NCBI GenBank assembly: GCA_964450805.1
Contig: CAYVDD010000001.1
Span: 457,288 to 521,287 of the forward strand
Reading direction: 5' to 3'
Source: an uncultured Candidatus Saccharibacteria bacterium
GTDB lineage: Bacteria; Patescibacteriota; Minisyncoccia; Minisyncoccales; JANBVM01
Length of the DNA stretch: 64,000 bases
Shown here: positions 42,012 through 51,239 of the stretch, piece by piece
Position numbering within the stretch: position 1 is the first letter of the stretch
Layout of the letters: the number at the start of each line of letters is the position of its first letter
The notes under the pieces: generated by a model
Told to the model about the DNA's origin: nothing
The model's database searches: none
What the model saw: only the letters and a program-made list of their open reading frames with translations
Translations under genes and position numbers: made by a program

Positions 42012-42868
42012 AAATGAGCTGACCTGCCAGCTATTTTTTTTCTTTTGATTTTACTACCACACCTTGAACACTTTTCTCCTTGTCTTTGATAGGCTTTTCT
42101 TTCAAATTCGTAATATCCTTTACTGCCATCGAGTAATCTAAAATCAGAAATACTTGTCCCTTTAAGTTTAACTGCTTTTTTTAGAATTGCTTTCATTGAC
42201 TGGTAAATTCTTTTAAGCTCTAGATTTGACAGGTTTGAAATATCTTTAAAAGGATGAATTTTCGAGTACCATAAAATCTCGTCAGAATAAATATTTCCAA
42301 TTCCAACAATAATATTCTGGTCCATTAAAACCTGCTTGATTTTGCCTCTGGATTTCCTGGCAAGTGCTTGTTTGAATTTTTTAAAAGTAAAGCTTTTCTC
42401 TAACGGCTCAGGGCCTAATTTCTTAAAACCTTCAGAAACTTTTAATTCATCTTTATTCCAAAGTTCAATTTTAGCAAATTTCCTTAAATCTGATAGAGCT
42501 AATTGTTTACTGCTTTTAAAGGAAATAATTAAATGCAAATAATCATTTCTTGAATCATCCAACAATGGCCCTTTTATTTCAGAAACCCATTTTCCCTTTT
42601 TCCTTTGCCACTTGCCGAAAAGCAAATGTCCAGTCATTTTCTGATGAATAAGAAGGATTTTATCATTATATAAATCAATTAATATGTTTTTTCCTCTTCT
42701 TCTTACAGCTTTTATTCTTGCTCCTTTTAAGTTCTTTTTAAAAACATTGAAACTCTTTGGTCTTTTTATTGATTTTTTACTATCTGACCAAATATCAATG
42801 ATTTTTTCATCAATAATTTTCCTCCTTAAATCCCTGACTATTGATTCTACTTCTGGCAGTTCAGGCAT
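41987..42868 (-). CDS. mutM: formamidopyrimidine-DNA glycosylase
   Basis: Begins MPELPEVE, has the H2TH segment, and carries a C-terminal CSRCG...CPKC zinc finger. It ends in TGA. Confidence 0.9.
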   Translation of the reverse strand: MPELPEVESIVRDLRRKIIDEKIIDIWSDSKKSIKRPKSFNVFKKNLKGARIKAVRRRGKNILIDLYNDKILLIHQKMTGHLLFGKWQRKKGKWVSEIKGPLLDDSRNDYLHLIISFKSSKQLALSDLRKFAKIELWNKDELKVSEGFKKLGPEPLEKSFTFKKFKQALARKSRGKIKQVLMDQNIIVGIGNIYSDEILWYSKIHPFKDISNLSNLELKRIYQSMKAILKKAVKLKGTSISDFRLLDGSKGYYEFERKAYQRQGEKCSRCGSKIKRKKIAGRSAHFCPKCQKL

Positions 42869-42946
42869 ATTATCTTTCTAATATTAACAAATCCACCTGT
42901 TTAGACAAATATGGGTGGACTAAAAAAATATTTATTAAAACAAAAA

Positions 42947-43357
42947 TTATTTTAAATTGTTTTTTATCTTTTCAGTAATCTCGCCAGGAGTAAAATGAGC
43001 CTTTATTAAATAATCAACTGCTCCCATTTTCAATCCTTTTTCAACCTCTTCTTTCTGGCCAAGATTAGATAAAATAATAACTGGAATGGATTTTAATTTT
43101 TCATCTTCTTTCATTTGTGACAAAACCTCAAAACCATCGATACTGGGAAGAATTAAATCAAGCAAAACCAAATCAGGCTTTATCTCTCTTACCATTTTTA
43201 AACCCTCTTCTCCATCCATTGCTTCAGTAACTACAAAACCTTCGTCTGAAAGCTTGCGGGCAATAAGTTCTCTTAAAAATCTATCATCTTCAATTATTAA
43301 TATCTTCTTTCTTGAAGAAGAAGTTTGATTCTTTGAATTTAAGATTTTTTTTGCCAT
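42947..43357 (-). CDS. receiver-only response regulator
   Basis: Contains ILIIEDD, DLVLLDLILP and ILSNLGQ...K, with no output domain. Confidence 0.85.
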   Translation of the reverse strand: MAKKILNSKNQTSSSRKKILIIEDDRFLRELIARKLSDEGFVVTEAMDGEEGLKMVREIKPDLVLLDLILPSIDGFEVLSQMKEDEKLKSIPVIILSNLGQKEEVEKGLKMGAVDYLIKAHFTPGEITEKIKNNLK

Positions 43358-43376
43358 ATTTTATCAATTAACGTAA

Positions 43377-43760
43377 TTATTCGCCGATCTGTTTTCTTAC
43401 TTTTTCAACCACTTCATCAGGGTTAAACTCTGTTTTAATTAACCAATCTCTTGCTCCTAGATCTTTAGCCTTGTCAAGTTCTACTGGTTGACCGGAATTT
43501 GAAATAATAATAATTGGAATTCTATTTAATTCCGGATCTTTGCTCATCTCCTCCATAACTTCATAACCGCTTTTCTTAGGCATTATAATATCCAATAAAA
43601 TAATATCAGGCTTTATCTCTTTTACCATTTTTAAACCCTCTTCTCCATCATGAGCTGTTGAAACCTCATAACCTTCCTGGACTAGTTTTTTCTCTAAAAG
43701 GTCAATGATTATATCTTCATCTTCAACTATTAAAATCTTCTTCATAACAACTATTGTCAT
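43377..43760 (-). CDS. receiver-only response regulator (paralogue of 42947-43357)
   Basis: Contains ILIVEDE and DIILLDIIMP. The likely start is MKKILIV at 43745. It shares an identical 26-nt stretch with its neighbour. Confidence 0.85.
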   Translation of the reverse strand: MTIVVMKKILIVEDEDIIIDLLEKKLVQEGYEVSTAHDGEEGLKMVKEIKPDIILLDIIMPKKSGYEVMEEMSKDPELNRIPIIIISNSGQPVELDKAKDLGARDWLIKTEFNPDEVVEKVRKQIGE

Positions 43761-43849
43761 CCTCCTGCTAATAAGTATTATACTCTCAGCAAGCAGGATT
43801 ATTTAATATTAGTTATTATAACAAATTAATAAAATCAAACCAACAGGAG

Positions 43850-45406
43850 TCATTTCTTTTTTATATTCTTTTTAGCTATTTTCTTAATGGGCACAGTAAA
43901 AGAAAAAGTGGTTCCTTTCCCTTGAATAGATTCAAACCAGATTCTCCCGCCATGGGATTCAATAATATTTTTAGTTATAAAAAGCCCAAGACCTGAACCA
44001 TCAGTTTCCATTTTTATAACATTTGTTCCTCTGAAAAATTTTGTAAATATTCTCTTTTGCTGTTTGGCTGGAATACCCACACCACTGTCTTTTACTGAAA
44101 CAACAACTTCTTTGTTATTTCTATTTAAAGAAACTAATATTTTGCCTTTAACAGAAGTATATTTTAGGGCATTATCTACAAGGTTTTGGAAAGCTAGTTT
44201 CATTTTTTCAACATCTAGTAAAACTTTTGGAATTTTTTTCTTAATTTGTTTAAATTCAATATTGATTTGTCTTTTTTTCGCCTCTTCCTTATAAGAATTA
44301 ATCACAAACTGAAGAACCGGAACAATATCAATTAAAACAGGCCTGTGTAAATATCTTCCCTCTTCAATCCTTGTTACGTTTAAAAGATCATTAATCAAAA
44401 CTATCATTCTTTCGTTTGAACGATAGGTTTTGTTTAAAAACTCACGTTGTTCTGTTGATATTTCTCCTAAATCTCCGTCCAACATCATTTTTAATGTCCA
44501 CTTTATTGCAGAAAGAGGAGTTCTTAATTGATGAGCAGCAATAGAAACAAATTCAGTTTTCATACGCTCAATTACTTTCTCACGACTGACATCGTGGAGT
44601 ATTACCAAAGAACCAATTCTTGTTTCGTTGGTTGTCAAAGGAACTGTAGAAACTTCCAGGATAAAATCCTTTGTTAATTTCAATTCTCTTCTAAATAAAC
44701 CTTCTTTAATTTCTCCACTAATTAAATCTGCTAAATTCTTTAATGATTCAATCTCGAAAAAATCTACAGCTCTTTGTCCAATTAACTCTTCTTTTTTAAC
44801 TGTCAGGAGTTTTTCAGCTCGTGGATTCATCAGAGCTAAATAATTTTTTTTGTCGAAAACCAGCAAACCATCAGTAAGACTGTTGATAATTTCCTGAGTT
44901 TTACCTCTTTCTTCCTCAGCTGTTTTTCTTGCAGCCTCGGTATCTTCTAAAATATTCATCAAAGCCAATTGAGCTTCTTTTAATTCGCTTTCACTTTCTT
45001 TGATCTTTGTTAAGTCAAAAAGGCCTAAAAAATAACCAACTATCTCTCCCTTCTCATCTTTTCTTACTCTTGTAAAGGCATGAACAAATATCTTTTCTTT
45101 TCCTCTAGGAGAAAAAGTCATTTCCTTTCCCTTAATTACCCCTTTCTCTAAAGTATCTTTTGTTAATTTTTCAGCTTCATTTTTCTTGAATACTTTTTCA
45201 ATTGGTTCCCCAATAATTTCATAAGATTTAAATCCTGAAATACTTTCAAAAGCAGGATTAATTTCTAAAACCACGCTAATAGGACTAACAAAACATATTG
45301 GCAGAGGAGAAAAACTAAAAAGATCGTGAATATAATTTTCAAGTGACGATAAATCATCAGCTAAAAGAGATAGTTTTTTTCTTTCTGATGGTTCAGTTAC
45401 TGCCAT
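43850..45406 (-). CDS. soluble PAS-domain sensor histidine kinase
   Basis: 518 aa with no TM segment and two PAS-like regions. It has the H-box FVSIAAHQLRTPL, N-box NLVDNALKYT, G1 DSGVGI and G2 GSGLGL. Confidence 0.85.
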   Translation of the reverse strand: MAVTEPSERKKLSLLADDLSSLENYIHDLFSFSPLPICFVSPISVVLEINPAFESISGFKSYEIIGEPIEKVFKKNEAEKLTKDTLEKGVIKGKEMTFSPRGKEKIFVHAFTRVRKDEKGEIVGYFLGLFDLTKIKESESELKEAQLALMNILEDTEAARKTAEEERGKTQEIINSLTDGLLVFDKKNYLALMNPRAEKLLTVKKEELIGQRAVDFFEIESLKNLADLISGEIKEGLFRRELKLTKDFILEVSTVPLTTNETRIGSLVILHDVSREKVIERMKTEFVSIAAHQLRTPLSAIKWTLKMMLDGDLGEISTEQREFLNKTYRSNERMIVLINDLLNVTRIEEGRYLHRPVLIDIVPVLQFVINSYKEEAKKRQINIEFKQIKKKIPKVLLDVEKMKLAFQNLVDNALKYTSVKGKILVSLNRNNKEVVVSVKDSGVGIPAKQQKRIFTKFFRGTNVIKMETDGSGLGLFITKNIIESHGGRIWFESIQGKGTTFSFTVPIKKIAKKNIKKK

Positions 45407-46005
45407 TTTATTATAAATTCATGATAGGACTCTCCTTTAAGAGCGCACTTTGTTTCTTTAGAAGTTACCCTGGGAGATTTAACCAGCATCTGAACAATCC
45501 CTGCAAAATATCCTTCTAAATAAGTACAGTACACAGGATGAAGGTCAAACCCCTCTACTCTTACAACAGCATATTTTTGCTTTTCATCAAGCTCTACTGG
45601 AACCAGTTTTCCAACTGTCCAGTGTTTGCTCCACATTTTTGGAGACTCTTTCATTACAACCCTTTTCATTGAAAGAAAATATTTAGTAAAAAGTTTGATA
45701 ATTAAAGACATTTTTGTTGCAAAGATTCCTATTTTCCTAATATCTTCATCATCAAAATTAAAAACTTCTTTAATTGCTAAAAGAGAAAGGGCTCTTAATC
45801 CAACTGGATAAAATTCCATAGTTCTTATCTGGTCGTATTTAATTGGGTAACCAGTATCTTTTAGTTTCTTTTCCAGCTGTATTATTCCTTTTTTCCCTTT
45901 TTCTTTAAGAATATATTCCTCATCAGTTTTTAAAACAACCCCTCTTACTTCACCTTTAATTTTCATTAGATGGTCAATTGTTTCCTTATTAATTAGTTCG
46001 CTCAT
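45397..46005 (-). CDS. putative ligand-binding protein, V4R/DUF2378-like
   Basis: 202 aa with the C-terminal segment CTYLEGYFAGIVQMLVKSPRVTSKETKCALKGESYHEFIIKW, resembling the V4R motif. It overlaps the kinase gene by 10 nt. Confidence 0.4.
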   Translation of the reverse strand: MSELINKETIDHLMKIKGEVRGVVLKTDEEYILKEKGKKGIIQLEKKLKDTGYPIKYDQIRTMEFYPVGLRALSLLAIKEVFNFDDEDIRKIGIFATKMSLIIKLFTKYFLSMKRVVMKESPKMWSKHWTVGKLVPVELDEKQKYAVVRVEGFDLHPVYCTYLEGYFAGIVQMLVKSPRVTSKETKCALKGESYHEFIIKWQ

Positions 46006-46022
46006 AATTAATGTTGTTAATG

Positions 46023-46850
46023 TTATTTATTATTTTTTTTAAGTTCTTTTAATTTTTTCTTTAATTCTACCATCTTTATTTCTCTTCCCACAGTAAATTT
46101 TTGGAATTTCTCCATTTCTTTCACTTTTCCTTCAAGTTCTTTTGTTCGCTTGGCAATTTTTTGTTCTAGACTTTGAGTAAACTCCTCTAATTCCTTTGTT
46201 CTTGCCTTTACTCTAATTTCTAAGGTTTCTTTTGCATCTTTTAGTTCTGTATAGGTTTTAACTAACTGTTCAGTTCTTTTCTTAAGTAAATCTGAAAACA
46301 TGCTAACTGCATATGCAATGTAAGGAAAAACAAGCAATGATCCCACTGTTAAAGTAATTAATACATAAAAAGGGTCTTGATAAACCTCTGGACTAACATG
46401 AAAAAAACCCTGGTAAGGAATAATGCCAAAATATTCCAACAAACCAAAACCAGCATAACAAAAACTAGCATATATTGCTAAAAAGAATCCTTTTTTTTGA
46501 GAAAGCCAGATATTAGAATGCATTACAGGAAGCATTAAAACAGCAATGCCAATCCACCAGATATTTCCAAGGAAATAGACCGCTAAAGCAACAAGATTTA
46601 TAGTAATCAACCAGTGAATAAAACAAACCAAGTCTACTCTCTCTATATCTTTTTGTTTTTTTACAAAATAATTACTGATAAAAGTCAATAAAAATAAAAG
46701 AGCTATCACAACAAAAACAACATTAGAAAGCGGGACATTAAATATCAATTTAAAGGCTAGACTAAAGATTAAAAATGCGCATTCAATCTTTCTTTCCGTT
46801 TTTAAAATCGTATCCAGCTTATTTATAAGTTCTTGTACTCCTAGCTTCAT
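46023..46850 (-). CDS. polytopic membrane protein with C-terminal coiled coil (sensor-input-like)
   Basis: 275 aa with about 6 TM helices. These are followed by RTKELEEF...RTKELEGK...VGREIKMVELKKKL, a coiled-coil signature seen at sensor-kinase junctions. Confidence 0.45.
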   Translation of the reverse strand: MKLGVQELINKLDTILKTERKIECAFLIFSLAFKLIFNVPLSNVVFVVIALLFLLTFISNYFVKKQKDIERVDLVCFIHWLITINLVALAVYFLGNIWWIGIAVLMLPVMHSNIWLSQKKGFFLAIYASFCYAGFGLLEYFGIIPYQGFFHVSPEVYQDPFYVLITLTVGSLLVFPYIAYAVSMFSDLLKKRTEQLVKTYTELKDAKETLEIRVKARTKELEEFTQSLEQKIAKRTKELEGKVKEMEKFQKFTVGREIKMVELKKKLKELKKNNK

Positions 46851-46863
46851 ATTGTCTTTTATT

Positions 46864-47808
46864 TTACCACAATGTTAATTCTTTAACATTTTTTTTCTTT
46901 TCTGGCTCTTTAATCCTTTTAATCAAGCTATAAAATTCAAACCTCTCAAGCATTGAAATCGCTTTGTTCTTGTTATAATTCTCCCATTTATACTTTTTAA
47001 GAGTAACTTCAATTGGAACATTTTTATAAATTGTAGCCAGCTCCTGGCTAAAAAAAGATTGCTCCTTGTATTTAGTTAAAAGCTCTTTTATTTTTGGCTT
47101 TATTTTCTCTGATTCTTTTGTTTTGCCTTCCAGTTGTTTGTATAAATTTTCCAGTGTACCAAACTCTTTTAAGAGATTGATTGCAGTTTTTTCTCCTATT
47201 CCTGTTATTCCTGGAATATTATCTGAAGGATCACCCTTTAAAGCCCTTAAATCAATTAACTGGTCAAAACTTAAACCTTCATATCTCTCCTTAACTAATC
47301 TCTCGTCATATAGTACAGTATTTTTAACTCCTCTTTTTAGAAGATAAACTTTTGTATGTTTATCAACCAACTGAAGAATATCTAGGTCTCCAGTTAAAAT
47401 AATTGTTTCAATTTCAGGAAAAACTTGTTTTTTAGAGAATTTTTTACTGATTGTCCCTATGATGTCATCAGCTTCAAATCCTTGCTTTTCTAAAATCAAA
47501 ACATCAAAAGCTTTTAAAACCTGTTTTACTTTTGGAATTTGTTCATAAAGTTCATCCGGTGCTTTTACCCTTTTTGCTTTATATTCTTTGAATTTCTTAT
47601 GGCGAAAAGTAGGAGCAGGAACATCAAAGCAAGCTGCAATATAGTTTGGCTCAAATTCTTTAATTGCTTTTAGAAATACAAGTAAAAAACCATAAATTGC
47701 ATTAACTATTTCCCCTTTTTTAGTTGTTAAGGGAGGTAAAGCATGAAAAGCTCTATGAATTACTGAATTACTGTCAATAATAATTAAACGTTTTTTTTCT
47801 TTGGCCAT
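46864..47808 (-). CDS. 5'-3' exonuclease (FEN/Pol I N-terminal domain type)
   Basis: Contains LIIIDSNSVIHRAFHALP, FEADDIIGT, SDNIPGITGIGEKTA. Confidence 0.85.
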   Translation of the reverse strand: MAKEKKRLIIIDSNSVIHRAFHALPPLTTKKGEIVNAIYGFLLVFLKAIKEFEPNYIAACFDVPAPTFRHKKFKEYKAKRVKAPDELYEQIPKVKQVLKAFDVLILEKQGFEADDIIGTISKKFSKKQVFPEIETIILTGDLDILQLVDKHTKVYLLKRGVKNTVLYDERLVKERYEGLSFDQLIDLRALKGDPSDNIPGITGIGEKTAINLLKEFGTLENLYKQLEGKTKESEKIKPKIKELLTKYKEQSFFSQELATIYKNVPIEVTLKKYKWENYNKNKAISMLERFEFYSLIKRIKEPEKKKNVKELTLW

Positions 47809-48251
47809 TTAATTGTTATTTTTCTTTTATTTTTATTATAAAATTCAAAATCAATAAAAATTGTGTTTTGAGGCAGTATTTTTTTAATATGCTTAGCCCA
47901 TTCAACAGCAACAATATTTCTAGGATCAGCAATAATTTCTTTAAACCCTAAATCTGAAACCTCTTTTGGTTTTTTGATACGGTAGCAATCAATATGAAAA
48001 AAAAATTTAAAGTTTGGGCGTTTAATCTTGAATTTTTTCAGAATAACAAAAGTTGGGCTTAAAACTTTTTCTCTTGTTCCTATGCCCCTGGCAAAACCCT
48101 GCAGAAATGTGGTTTTTCCTCCACCTAATTCACCCTCTAAAGCTAAAACATGTGCTTTTTTATTATTTTTTGCTTTTAGAATTTTTTCTGCCAGATCTTT
48201 GCCCAAATCTCTTGTTTCTTTGGCATTATTAGTAATGTATTGAGATTTCAT
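47784..48251 (-). CDS. tsaE: tRNA t6A37 biosynthesis ATPase TsaE
   Basis: Contains LEGELGGGKTTFLQGFARG, SPTFVI and HIDCYR. Confidence 0.85.
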   Translation of the reverse strand: MKSQYITNNAKETRDLGKDLAEKILKAKNNKKAHVLALEGELGGGKTTFLQGFARGIGTREKVLSPTFVILKKFKIKRPNFKFFFHIDCYRIKKPKEVSDLGFKEIIADPRNIVAVEWAKHIKKILPQNTIFIDFEFYNKNKRKITIKWPKKKNV

Positions 48252-48354
48252 TTTTGAATTAAAAGTCAGTGAAATTGACTTTTTAAAGAAGATGAGATAA
48301 ATTCAATTAATACTGATTATTAATTGTTTCTCGCTTTATCTATTTTAGATTTTT

Positions 48355-49683
48355 ATGCAAGAAATTTCAAAAAAAATAACTGGAGAGACGAAAATAACTG
48401 AAGCAATCTTTTCTGAAATTAAAAAAGAAGTAAATAATATTTCTGGTTTCAAGAAAAAAGTTGAAACATCATTAGAGGGAAAATTAACAGAAATCTTGGA
48501 AATTATTTTAGGAGGAGCAATATATCTAAACGTTTCTGATATCCACTTTGAACCAAAAGAAGAAAATACAAACCTTCGCGTCAGAATTGACGGACTCTTA
48601 CAAGATGTTTTGTTATTTGATAAAAAAACTTATAAATCAATAATATCGCGAGTAAAACTTCTTTCAAAACTGCAATTAAACATTACAGATCGACCTCAGG
48701 ATGGTCGTTTTTCTATTTTAATGCCGCCTAAAAAGCCAGAAGAAAAACCTTTGCTGATAGAAATTAGAACTTCAATCCTTCCATCTGAATACGGAGAAAC
48801 AATAGTTTTAAGGATTCTAAATCCGAAAAGTTTAATTGATCTTGAGGCACTGGGATTGAGAAAAGATTTATTCGACTTGTTTCAGAAAGAAATTAAAAAA
48901 CCAAATGGAATGATTGTTATTACTGGACCAACCGGTTCTGGTAAAACTACAACCCTGTATGCATTTTTAAAAAAAATTCAGAGTCCAGAGACAAAGATTA
49001 TCACTATTGAGGATCCAATTGAATATCATCTGGCTGGTATCTCTCAAACCCAGGTTAATCCCAAAAAAGGGTATGATTTTGCCAATGGATTACGTTCCAT
49101 TATGAGGCAAGACCCTGATGTGGTTTTAGTGGGAGAGATAAGAGATTTAAAAACTGCAAGTATTGCTCTTCAGGCTGCTTTAACAGGGCACTTAGTTTTT
49201 ACAACGCTTCATACAAATGATGCTGCTGGAACAATAGTAAGGCTGCAGGCATTGGGAGAAAAAGCAATCAATATTGCTCCTGCTATTAATATGGCTGTAG
49301 CTCAGAGATTAATAAGAAGAGTTTGTAAAAAATGCTCTAAAACAAAAACAATTTCTTCACAAGAATTAGAGAAATTTAAAAAAGAACTTGAAAAACTGCC
49401 GAAAAACGTGGAAACACCAAAGTTTAATAAAAATTCAAAGATTCCAGTTATTGCTGGATGTAAAGACTGTAATAATACTGGATATAAAGGAAGAACAGGT
49501 ATTTATGAGACCTTTTTGATTGATGATGATATAGAAAGGTTTGTCCTAACCTCACCATCTATTGCTGCTTTAAAAGAAAAAGCAATTGAAAAAGGAATGG
49601 TAACAATGTATCAGGATGGCCTAATAAAGGTTTTAAAGGGGATAACAACAATTGAAGAAGTAAAAAAAGCAACTGGGGAATAA
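48355..49683 (+). CDS. type II/IV secretion (type IV pilus assembly) ATPase, GspE/PilB family
   Basis: Has Walker A GPTGSGKTTT, an Asp box, Walker B VVLVGEIRD, His box GHLVFTTLHTNDA, and the tetracysteine pair CKKC...CKDC. Confidence 0.85.
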   Translation: MQEISKKITGETKITEAIFSEIKKEVNNISGFKKKVETSLEGKLTEILEIILGGAIYLNVSDIHFEPKEENTNLRVRIDGLLQDVLLFDKKTYKSIISRVKLLSKLQLNITDRPQDGRFSILMPPKKPEEKPLLIEIRTSILPSEYGETIVLRILNPKSLIDLEALGLRKDLFDLFQKEIKKPNGMIVITGPTGSGKTTTLYAFLKKIQSPETKIITIEDPIEYHLAGISQTQVNPKKGYDFANGLRSIMRQDPDVVLVGEIRDLKTASIALQAALTGHLVFTTLHTNDAAGTIVRLQALGEKAINIAPAINMAVAQRLIRRVCKKCSKTKTISSQELEKFKKELEKLPKNVETPKFNKNSKIPVIAGCKDCNNTGYKGRTGIYETFLIDDDIERFVLTSPSIAALKEKAIEKGMVTMYQDGLIKVLKGITTIEEVKKATGE

Positions 49684-49818
49684 AAAAAACCCAGAGCTGG
49701 GGGTTACTCAGGTTTACACATAAGCTCAGAATTTTTCCGAGGAACAGGTTCGCCGAAGCCAACCTGTCCAACTAAGAAAAACTCCTAACCCCCAACTCTG
49801 GGTTTTTTATCATATTTA
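49682..49818 (-). ncRNA. candidate ~135-nt sRNA / extended bidirectional terminator
   Basis: A 17-bp closing helix forms between 49690-49706 and 49786-49802 (one G-U), flanked by A8/T6 runs. It encloses about 80 nt with an inner hairpin at 49741-49769 (UUCG loop on the minus strand). A dedicated minus-strand promoter lies at 49825-49853. Confidence 0.4.
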
Positions 49819-49824
49819 CTCTCT

Positions 49825-49853
49825 ACTCTAATATATTTGATAGAATTTGTCAA
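49825..49853 (-). promoter_or_regulatory. sigma70-type promoter facing the 49682-49818 element
   Basis: The minus strand reads TTGACA (49853-49848), N17, TAGAGT (49830-49825). Confidence 0.45.
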
Positions 49854-49936
49854 GTTTTTAAAAACAAGACCTACTGATAGTCCTCTATTATTAAAAATAG
49901 ATTCAATCGAAACTCGTTTCACAAAAATCTTGAGAT

Positions 49937-51196
49937 TTGTTAGATTTAAAGAAGACTATGAAGTTAAAAATTCTATTGTTTATTATTTTGTTCTCTCTGG
50001 TCCTGCCTCAAAAATTTGTCCTATCTGCTGATCATTCAGATATAATTATTAATGAAATTGCATGGATGGGGACAAATACTTCTTATAACGACGAATGGAT
50101 TGAATTATATAACAATACTAATTCTTCTATTAATCTTGATAATTGGGACATTAAAGCTGTTGACGGAACGCCAGAAATAAATCTTTCAGGAACCATTCAA
50201 GCGAATGGTTTTTATCTTTTAGAAAGAACTAATGATGATACTGTGCCAAATATTGCTGCAGACCAGATTTATACTGGAGCTTTAAGTAACAATGGAGAAC
50301 ATTTACAGCTTTTTGATGATCAAAATAATTTAATTGATGAAATAAATTGTACAGACAGCTGGTTGGCTGGAGACAATACAACCAAACAAACAATGGAAAG
50401 GATTGAACCAACTTCATCAAATTGGCAAACAAGTAAAAACCCAGAAGGAACTCCTAAATCAAAAAACAGTGTTTTTATTGAGGAGGAACCTGAGCCAACA
50501 CCTGAACCAGCACCTGAGCCAACACCTGAACCAGCACCTGAGCCAGAACAAGAAATTGAAGAACAAGTTGAAGAAAAAACTTATGCTGCAGGAGTAATAT
50601 TTAATGAAATCCTTCCTTCACCTGAAGGACGAGATTCAGAAAACGAATGGATTGAAATTTTTAATAAAAATAATTTTAACGTTGATTTGTCTGATTGGAA
50701 AATTAAAGACAGCATTGGCAGCATAACCACATATGTCTTACCAAAAAACTCAATCATAAAAAGCAAAGATTATTTAGTTGTCTTTAGACCTGAAACAAAA
50801 ATCATACTTAATAATGATGCTGACAGCCTAAATCTAATTCAACCTGATAACGCTGTAATTGACGCTGTAAGCTATGAAAAAGCGAACAAAGGCCAATCAT
50901 ATAACTTAACAGGTTCTGGATGGGTCTGGAGCCTGGAACCAACGCCCGGCAAAGCCAACTTTATAAAGAGGGAAAATGATTTTGAGGACAAAAAAGTTAT
51001 CATAAAAGAAAAAACCGATGAAATAAAACAAAATGAGAAAATACTGGCAAGTGCTTCAAGTCAAATTCCTAAAAACAATAATGGCCTTTCAGATCTTTTT
51101 TTAATGGCTTTAACTATATCAATATTTTCAGCTGTAATAATTTTGCTTCTTAAAAAAGCGATGAGAAAAATTGATTTTTGGAAAATAATAGGCTAA
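49937..51196 (+). CDS. secreted/anchored protein with two lamin-tail (LTD) domains
   Basis: Has a signal-like segment KLKILLFIILFSLVL. Two LTD signatures are present (IIINEIAWMG...DEWIELYN...NLDNWDIK and VIFNEILPSP...NEWIEIFN...DLSDWKIKD). A PEPTPEPAPEP linker and a C-terminal TM anchor complete the protein. The true start may be the ATG at 49958. Confidence 0.65.
   Translation: MLDLKKTMKLKILLFIILFSLVLPQKFVLSADHSDIIINEIAWMGTNTSYNDEWIELYNNTNSSINLDNWDIKAVDGTPEINLSGTIQANGFYLLERTNDDTVPNIAADQIYTGALSNNGEHLQLFDDQNNLIDEINCTDSWLAGDNTTKQTMERIEPTSSNWQTSKNPEGTPKSKNSVFIEEEPEPTPEPAPEPTPEPAPEPEQEIEEQVEEKTYAAGVIFNEILPSPEGRDSENEWIEIFNKNNFNVDLSDWKIKDSIGSITTYVLPKNSIIKSKDYLVVFRPETKIILNNDADSLNLIQPDNAVIDAVSYEKANKGQSYNLTGSGWVWSLEPTPGKANFIKRENDFEDKKVIIKEKTDEIKQNEKILASASSQIPKNNNGLSDLFLMALTISIFSAVIILLLKKAMRKIDFWKIIG
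50489..50545 (+). repeat. 24-bp tandem repeat x2.4 inside the LTD gene
   Basis: CCTGAGCCAACACCTGAACCAGCA is repeated head-to-tail and encodes the PEPTPEPA linker. Confidence 0.85.
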
Positions 51197-51239
51197 CATT
51201 TAAACATACCAATCTTCAACAAGATAATAGGATAATATT

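Noticed and set aside
50489-50545. Possible CRISPR-like or regulatory repeat array
   Set aside because: It is only 2.4 head-to-tail copies without spacers. It lies in frame inside a CDS and encodes a PEPT linker.
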